DNA of 24,000 nt, taken from Oscillatoriales cyanobacterium RM2_1_1. GTDB taxonomy: Bacteria; Cyanobacteriota; Cyanobacteriia; Cyanobacteriales; Microcoleaceae. The DNA lies in assembly GCA_012033335.1 (NCBI GenBank), contig JAAURB010000012.1, positions 30,717-54,716 of the forward strand. The letters run 5' to 3'. The notes below the pieces were generated by a model. The model searched no databases. It saw only the letters and a list, made by a program, of their open reading frames with translations, and was not told the origin of the DNA. Below, one piece after another: positions 17,764-24,000 of the stretch. The number at the start of each line of letters is the position of its first letter. The first letter of the stretch is position 1. The position numbers and the translations under genes are program-made.

Positions 17764-18531
17764 ATGACAGCCCAAAAATTTTCTTCGGAAGCCCTGACAA
17801 TTTCAAATCCGATTGAGCGCCCGGATGTGACCCAGTCTCTTTCAGAGAACGTAATTCTGACCACCGTTGATGATCTTTACAACTGGTCACGATTGTCGAG
17901 TTTATGGCCACTCTTGTATGGTACTGCCTGCTGCTTTATTGAGTTTGCTGGACTGATTGGCTCCCGGTTTGATTTTGACCGTTTTGGTCTGGTTCCCCGT
18001 TCTAGTCCCCGGCAGGCTGATTTGATTATCACGGCGGGTACGATCACGATGAAGTATGCTCCCGTGTTGGTTCGGCTCTATGAACAAATGCCTGAACCTA
18101 AGTATGTTATTGCCATGGGAGCCTGCACGATTACCGGGGGAATGTTTAGCATGGATTCCCCAACAGCGGTTCGAGGAGTAGACAAGCTGATTCCCGTGGA
18201 TGTCTATATCCCTGGATGTCCACCTCGTCCTGAAGCGATCATCGACGCGATCATCAAGCTGCGGAAAAAAATCTCCAATGACTCCCTGCAAGAACGGGGA
18301 AACCTGAAGCAGACCCATCGCTATTACACTCGTTCCCATGGTTTGAGACCCGTTGATCCTATCCTGACGGGCCAATACCTGCAATCTGCCACTCGGCAAG
18401 CACCGCCTCAATCCTTAGCTAAGGCGATGGGAATGCCTGTACCTGCGATCTTGACTGAACAAACTGCCAAGCCAGAGACGATCCCATCCAATATTGTTAA
18501 ACCTCAGCTAGAGGAATCATCAAATGACTGA
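17764..18531 (+). CDS. ndhK: NAD(P)H-quinone oxidoreductase subunit K
   Basis: [20 protein letters not shown]...[43 protein letters not shown]...[16 protein letters not shown]. Confidence 0.98.
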   Translation: MTAQKFSSEALTISNPIERPDVTQSLSENVILTTVDDLYNWSRLSSLWPLLYGTACCFIEFAGLIGSRFDFDRFGLVPRSSPRQADLIITAGTITMKYAPVLVRLYEQMPEPKYVIAMGACTITGGMFSMDSPTAVRGVDKLIPVDVYIPGCPPRPEAIIDAIIKLRKKISNDSLQERGNLKQTHRYYTRSHGLRPVDPILTGQYLQSATRQAPPQSLAKAMGMPVPAILTEQTAKPETIPSNIVKPQLEESSND

Positions 18532-19036
18532 GACTGATGAGTCGATGACTGCTGTTGTTGAGCCTGGGCTTACCTCTCAATGGTTAACCCAAAATGGGTT
18601 TGACCATGAATTCCTGGAAAAGAATCACTCTGGAGTCGAGGTGATCAAAGTTGACCGGAATTATCTGATTCCTCTGTCTACGGCCCTGTATGCTTACGGC
18701 TTCAATTGCCTGCGGTGTCAATGTGCCTATGATAATGGCCCGGGAGGAGATTTAATCAGTGTTTATCATTTGGTTAAGATTAATGATGACGTGGAACAAC
18801 CTGAGGAAATCTGCGTCAAGGTTTTCGTCACTCGGGACGATCCCAAGGTGCCATCGGTTTACTGGATCTGGAAAAGTGCAGACTTTCAAGAAAGAGAGTC
18901 CTATGATATGTATGGGATTATCTATGAAGGTCATCCCAACTTGAAACGGATTCTGATGCCAGAAGATTGGGTGGGTTGGCCCTTGCGTAAGGACTATATT
19001 TCACCTGACTTTCATGAGCTACAGGATGCCTATTAA
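18524..19036 (+). CDS. ndhJ: NAD(P)H-quinone oxidoreductase subunit J (8 bp overlap with ndhK)
   Basis: [27 protein letters not shown]-type motif ([20 protein letters not shown]) and [34 protein letters not shown]. Confidence 0.98.
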   Translation: MTETDESMTAVVEPGLTSQWLTQNGFDHEFLEKNHSGVEVIKVDRNYLIPLSTALYAYGFNCLRCQCAYDNGPGGDLISVYHLVKINDDVEQPEEICVKVFVTRDDPKVPSVYWIWKSADFQERESYDMYGIIYEGHPNLKRILMPEDWVGWPLRKDYISPDFHELQDAY

Positions 19037-19315
19037 GTGTTGGGCAGTTTCCATCCCTTCTCTGGTTTCTAAGTTTTAGTTGCTTTTTGATTCGGAGATT
19101 GGGGCTTGGATCAAAACTAATCTGCTGATCAGATTGCCAGAACTCTGGGAAGTTTGATATAGTTGCCTACGAATTAGATAAAGTCTTTAGCTTGTTCAGG
19201 CTTGGCTTGCATTGTGTAAAATGAATCAGTGCGTCTGTACGGTATTAGTAGGCACTTCGTCCCTAGTCCAAGCAGAGTTATTTTTTGCACACTACTTTGG
19301 TGGAGGAGTTAAATC

Positions 19316-20841
19316 GTGACTACGACAATAGCAGGATCAGTATTTCAAGATTTTAATGCGAATGGCATTGTTGATGCTGGAGAGGGGTTGCCTAACGTTA
19401 CCGTTTTCCTAGATGAAAATGGTGATGGTTTGCCCTCTGGGGTTGAGCAGATTACCTTGACTGATGCTAATGGATTTGGGGCTTTTGACTTTAACGGTCT
19501 TCCAGCAGGTACCTTTGGCCTGAATATCGTAACCCCCCCAGGATTCACTCAGTCGGCTCTCCTTCCTCAATCTTTTACGATTGATGGGGTTGCTGATGGT
19601 ATTCCGGCTCTGTTTAATGTTCCCATTGTTTCATCAGGGATTCCTCCCATTGCTCCCCCTCCCAATATTTTCTTGACCGGAAACGTTCAAGGGGTGGCAT
19701 TTGTTGATAATAATGCGGATGGAGTTTACGACCCAACCACTGAGCCTACCCTTCCAGGAGTAACAGTTGGCCTGGATCTGAACAATGATGGAGAAATCAG
19801 TGGCAGTGAGCCAACTGACATAACCAATGAAGCTGGTTTCTATGCAATCCAGCAAGTTTTCCCGTCGGAATTCATTAAGCAGGTACTCAATCCTAGTGGT
19901 TTTGACTCAACCACTGACAACCCTCAGGTTATCGGCGTAACGGCTGGTGTGACAACCTTCAGCCCAGAGGGTTTGGTGATTCCGGATAGCGTTTACGGAT
20001 TTGTCATTGAGGATCTAAACGGCAACGGTTTCCCTGACCCCAATGAGCCTGGGATTGAGGGTATAGAAGTTCTGCTAGATGATGGCAGTTCCACCACAAC
20101 AGATAGCGATGGTTTCTATGTCTTTGATGGTCTAGACACGGAAGTTGGTGGTGGGAACGATCCTCAGAATCCTTTCGACCAATTTGTCAATGACAATCCT
20201 GGGGATTTTGATGAGCTGTTTAGTGGATTCACTGTCGAGGTTAGTCCTTCAACAGATGCGTTCCTGATCACGTCTCCTGTTCCTCCGGCTGTTGATACTC
20301 CTGGAGTATTTGGTGTTGGGATTGGCCCTGGTGAGAGTGCTCAGGTTAACTTTACTCTGGTACTCGCACCTCCTGGGGGCATTGGTCTGATTCCTAACTC
20401 CATCGGTGGCCTCGTGTTTGAGGACTTTAATGCCAATGGATTCCTAGATTTTGATCCGATTACTGGGGCTGGAGACAATCCAATCTCAGGGGCTGAGCTG
20501 TTCCTGGATCTGGATTTTGATGGTGAGAAAGGGGATGACGAACCCGTAACCACTACAGATTCCTTCGGCAATTTTGTCTTCTTCAATGTTCCTCCTAGTT
20601 TGGTTGATCCTATAACTGGAGTTGCCATTGATCCCTATGTGGTTCGGGCTGAAGCACCTGATGATGCTGAAAACCTGACTACTCCGTTCCTTCAATCACG
20701 TTATTGAACGGTCAGGCTTCCCTTGTTGCAGTGGGCTTCTCCGATCTGACTCCTTTCCCTCCTTCTAACCCCTTTGCTCAGGCTGATGGTGGTATTGATG
20801 GAGATGCATTGGTTCCTGTGTTCTCTACCCCTGTGGTGTAA
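19316..20841 (+). CDS. SdrD-B-like (Cna-B-type) repeat protein, apparent 1 nt frameshift near 20689-20690
   Basis: GTG start after aggag RBS-like sequence. About four repeats with D-x-N-x-N/D-G motifs (VFQDFNANGIVDAGE; AFVDNNADGVYDP; VIEDLNGNGFPDPNE; VFEDFNANGFLDFDP). After the stop at 20707 the next frame continues SITLLNGQASLVAVGFSDLTPFPPSNPFAQADGGIDGDALVPVFSTPVV*. Confidence 0.8.
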
Positions 20842-20895
20842 TTTCTGGCTCCGTTGCTTAACGTTTAAGCATTAGTCAAGCCATTAAGTCTAGAG

Positions 20896-20953
20896 AAAAA
20901 GTCACCATAGACGGGTTCTAACTCTGAGAGTTTCCCGGAAGTGGTGACTTTTT
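20896..20953 (+). terminator. Factor-independent-type terminator candidate
   Basis: 12 bp perfect stem aaaaagtcacca (20896-20907) / tggtgacttttt (20942-20953), T-run on the 3' side; loop contains a nested cggg/cccg pair. Confidence 0.65.
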
Positions 20954-21099
20954 AGTTCGAGAACCGGGGCTTTGAACCTCTCAGCCATCAGGCAAAGATT
21001 TATTGCGATTTGGTATTCCAAGATTCAGAATTGCTGATCTGGGGCAGCTATCTTCTTTAAGATAGGATTAAGCTTTTTCAACTTCAGAGTAATTATTGT

Positions 21100-22365
21100 T
21101 TGTCTCTACAACTTTCCCACCGCCAATTTCCTGCAAGTATTCTGCATTTAGATAATGGCCTAACTGTAATTCATCAAGAGGTTTCGGCTACTCCGGTTGT
21201 GGTGGTTGATGTTTGGGTGCGGGCGGGATCGATTGTAGAACCCGAATCCTGGTCAGGGATGGCTCACTTTCTAGAGCATATGATTTTTAAAGGAACTGAC
21301 CAAATTGCCCCAGGGGTCTTTGACCAATTGATTGAATGTCAGGGAGGTATGACTAATGCGGCTACCAGTCACGATTATGCCCATTTCTACATCACTACAA
21401 CCCTGCCCTATACGGACACAGCCTTTGCCCTCCTCAGCCAGATCCTACTGAATCCAAAAATCCCCGACGAGGAATTTTATCGGGAGCGGGAGGTTGTCCT
21501 AGAGGAACTGCGTCAAGCTAATGATAATCCGGACTGGGTTGAGTTTACGGCGTTGATGGAGGCAGTTTATGGTCTGGATCATCCCTATGGTCGCCCAGTT
21601 TTAGGAACAGACCAACACCTCAATCAACAGTCCCCCGAGAAAATGCGCTATTTTCATCGCTGTCACTATCAGCCTCAGAATATGGCAGTGGTGATCGTGG
21701 GGGGAATTAGCCAACAGCAGGCTATGGGCTTGACTGAGCAGGCTTTTGCAACCTTTCCATGTCCAGAAGCATATCCAGTTCTTGCCGTTCCCCTCTCAAG
21801 GCCCCAGGGTGTGCGTCGCCAACAACTCACCCTCCCTACCGTTGAACAAACCCGGCTCACCCTGGCCTGGGTTGGGCCAGGAGCGGAACAGATCCAGGAA
21901 GCCTGGGGCCTGGATTTATTGTCTGCCCTTCTGGCTGAGGGTAAAACCTCTCATTTGTTCAGGTTGCTGCGGGAGGAACTCCAGCTTGTCTATGATTTGT
22001 CCAGCCAGTTCTCCCTCCAGCAAGGGTCTAGCATTTTGACGATTAGTGCTTACTTAGAGGCCCAAGATTTAGAACGGGTAGAAGCATTAATCCGGAATCA
22101 TATTCAGGAATTGCAAGTTCGACCCATCTCTGAACCTGAATTATTGCGGGGACAACGACTGCTCTGTAATGATTACGCCTTTTCGACGGAGACCCCAATT
22201 GAATTGGCGGGTCTATACGGATATTATTTTGCCATAGCCAAACCGGAGTTGTCCGTGGCCTATCCTGACCAGATTCGCTCGGTTCAATCGTCCCAGTTGC
22301 AATCTCTGGCCCAACACTATCTCTGCCTGGATCACTATGCAGCGGTGGTCGTCAAGCCTCGATGA
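21100..22365 (+). CDS. M16 family zinc metallopeptidase (processing-peptidase-like)
   Basis: HxxEH motif in MAHFLEHMIFKGT, downstream EREVVLEELRQANDNPD, C-terminal substrate-binding-like half; 421 aa. Confidence 0.94.
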   Translation: MSLQLSHRQFPASILHLDNGLTVIHQEVSATPVVVVDVWVRAGSIVEPESWSGMAHFLEHMIFKGTDQIAPGVFDQLIECQGGMTNAATSHDYAHFYITTTLPYTDTAFALLSQILLNPKIPDEEFYREREVVLEELRQANDNPDWVEFTALMEAVYGLDHPYGRPVLGTDQHLNQQSPEKMRYFHRCHYQPQNMAVVIVGGISQQQAMGLTEQAFATFPCPEAYPVLAVPLSRPQGVRRQQLTLPTVEQTRLTLAWVGPGAEQIQEAWGLDLLSALLAEGKTSHLFRLLREELQLVYDLSSQFSLQQGSSILTISAYLEAQDLERVEALIRNHIQELQVRPISEPELLRGQRLLCNDYAFSTETPIELAGLYGYYFAIAKPELSVAYPDQIRSVQSSQLQSLAQHYLCLDHYAAVVVKPR

Positions 22366-22416
22366 ATTGGGCTAGCCCGGCTTAGATCTGAGTAAATCCG
22401 AGGTCACAGGATCAAC

Positions 22417-22549
22417 TAAGTAGCTTGAGGTAATTAATTAAAAGATTGATGGGGGGATGCAGGGGGCAGTGTCCTTCCTAGGGAGAAGCCCCAGACCCCC
22501 TTCCATTAAATTAAATAATTACTTACAACCACTGACTTATAGAGCTAGA
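22417..22549. mobile_element. MITE-like interspersed repeat, copy B (M16 peptidase-nadE spacer)
   Basis: Collinear with copy A: taagtagcttgaggtaattaatta...gggggg...acccccttccatta...aattacttacaaccac...gactta. Confidence 0.7.
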
Positions 22550-22620
22550 TGACATTTCCCCTAAAAGGTTGTTAGAATTATAGTGAAATTCACCAATATT
22601 CAGACAGGCTCTACACTTCT

Positions 22621-24000
22621 ATGAAGATTGCGATCGCCCAACTCAATCCCACTGTCGGCGACCTAGTTGGAAATTCAGAACTGATTCTAAAAGCGGCTCA
22701 GGGCGCAGTGGAGGCAGATTGTCAGTTGATGCTGACCACCGAGCTAGCCCTGATCGGCTATCCACCTCGGGATTTGTTGAGTTATCTCAGTTTTATAGAA
22801 GCTACCGCCATTCAACTGCATCAGCTTGCCCAACAACTTCCCTGTGATTTAGCTGTCTTGGTCGGGGTAATTCAACCCAACTCCAAGGCCGCCATCCAAC
22901 AGGGGGAAAAGTCCTTGTTTAATAGTGCAGCCTTGGTGCAACAGGGGCAGGTTCAGGGGTTTTTTCAAAAGCGGCTGTTGCCCACCTATGATGTTTTTGA
23001 TGAGGATCGCTACTTTGAACCCGGCAAAACCCGTAATGATTTCAGCCTGAAATTAGCATCGGGTTTCAAGGTCAAAGTCGGGGTAACAATCTGTGAAGAT
23101 CTCTGGAATGATGAAGCCTTTTGGGGCAAGCGCCGCTACCCCTGCAATCCTCTACAAGATTTATCCGACCAGGAGGTGAATTTGATTGTCAATCTCTCCG
23201 CTTCTCCCTATCAGGTGAATAAACAAAAGCTCCGCCAACAAATGCTCACCAGTAGCGCTAGACGCTATCAATTGCCAATCCTCTACAGCAATCAGGTGGG
23301 GGGAAATGATGATTTGATTTTTGACGGAGGTAGCCTGGGAATCAATCGAGCCGGGAATGTGATTACGGCTCTGCAAGCCTTTGCCCCGGATTTTGCTGTA
23401 ATTGAGTGGGACGAAGTGGATCAGGATTTAAAACCTATCGATGCTGAAATCAGTCCGGATATCAGTTTCCCTCCCCATCGATCTACACCAGAGAGCGAAG
23501 ATCATGAAATCTGGCTGGCCCTGGTATTGGGGGTACAGGATTATGTCCGCAAATGCGGATTTTCTCGAGTGATTTTGGGGCTGAGTGGGGGGGTAGATTC
23601 ATCATTTGTAGCGGCTATTGCCGCCGCCGCCATTGGTGCAGAAAATGTTCTGGGAATTCTCATGCCCTCGCCCTACAGCTCTGATCATTCCATTAAAGAT
23701 GCCCAGGACTTAGCGAATAATCTTGGAATTCAAACCCAGATTTTATCCATTGGGGACTCTATGGACACCTTCGAGCAAACTTTACTACCCCTATTTGCGG
23801 GGACGGAATCCGGAGTCGCCGAAGAAAATATCCAATCTCGAATTCGGGGCACCTTGCTGATGGCGATCTCTAATAAGTTTGGCCATTTGTTGCTCTCCAC
23901 TGGAAACAAATCGGAAATGGCCGTGGGATACTGTACCCTCTATGGGGACATGAATGGCGGATTGGCGGTGATCGCTGATGTCCCGAAAACCCGGGTCTAT
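22621..24000 (+). CDS. nadE: Glutamine-dependent NAD+ synthetase (3' truncated by window)
   Basis: Open from ATG at 22621 to window end: MKIAIAQLNPTVGDLVGNSELIL..., nitrilase-like amidase with VTICEDLW; synthetase P-loop ILGLSGGVDSSFVAA; LLSTGNKSEMAVGYCTLYGDMNGG. Confidence 0.97.
   Translation, partial: MKIAIAQLNPTVGDLVGNSELILKAAQGAVEADCQLMLTTELALIGYPPRDLLSYLSFIEATAIQLHQLAQQLPCDLAVLVGVIQPNSKAAIQQGEKSLFNSAALVQQGQVQGFFQKRLLPTYDVFDEDRYFEPGKTRNDFSLKLASGFKVKVGVTICEDLWNDEAFWGKRRYPCNPLQDLSDQEVNLIVNLSASPYQVNKQKLRQQMLTSSARRYQLPILYSNQVGGNDDLIFDGGSLGINRAGNVITALQAFAPDFAVIEWDEVDQDLKPIDAEISPDISFPPHRSTPESEDHEIWLALVLGVQDYVRKCGFSRVILGLSGGVDSSFVAAIAAAAIGAENVLGILMPSPYSSDHSIKDAQDLANNLGIQTQILSIGDSMDTFEQTLLPLFAGTESGVAEENIQSRIRGTLLMAISNKFGHLLLSTGNKSEMAVGYCTLYGDMNGGLAVIADVPKTRVY

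Noticed and set aside
17902-18411. 169 aa ORF on the - strand of ndhK
   Set aside because: Antisense to a highly conserved gene; composition typical of a shadow ORF.
1-24000. CRISPR arrays, tRNA/rRNA genes, prophage or toxin-antitoxin modules
   Set aside because: I saw no regularly spaced identical repeats, no convincing tRNA cloverleaf sequence and no integrase/toxin-like ORF. Manual reading could still miss a degenerate tRNA or small RNA.

Overview
This 24 kb window is an ordinary cyanobacterial core-genome segment, recognisable from photosystem II, NDH-1, CP12 and Ycf48 genes and at least ten HIP1 (GCGATCGC) sites. In order it holds: the 3' end of atpD; atpC; ftsI (-) with a bitopic FtsL-like candidate directly upstream; a small membrane ORF; ridA; a small conserved-looking ORF; tyrA (-), divergent from a chorismate-lyase-like gene; a membrane protein; a NIL-domain ferredoxin; a DUF3177-like membrane protein; cp12; a HerA/DUF87-type ATPase; a B12-binding-type radical SAM protein; a SemiSWEET; the cluster rubA-ycf48-psbE-psbF-psbL-psbJ (-); ndhC-ndhK-ndhJ (+); an SdrD-B-like repeat protein; an M16 peptidase; and the 5' part of nadE. 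psbF, psbL and psbJ are missing from the supplied ORF track and were found by reading the minus strand. I see no convincing new multi-gene defence or metabolic system. The best leads are: (1) an FtsL-like candidate carrying an expanded charged pentapeptide-periodic tract, 13 bp upstream of ftsI; (2) a ~125-130 bp MITE-like repeat with imperfect terminal inverted repeats, one copy inside the psbEFLJ cluster between psbL and psbJ and one between the M16 peptidase and nadE; (3) a degenerate six-unit ~13 bp tandem array in the tyrA/chorismate-lyase divergent intergenic region, one of several short tandem repeats; (4) three genes (ftsI, rubA, SdrD-B-like) each broken by an apparent single-base deletion, most simply sequencing error.
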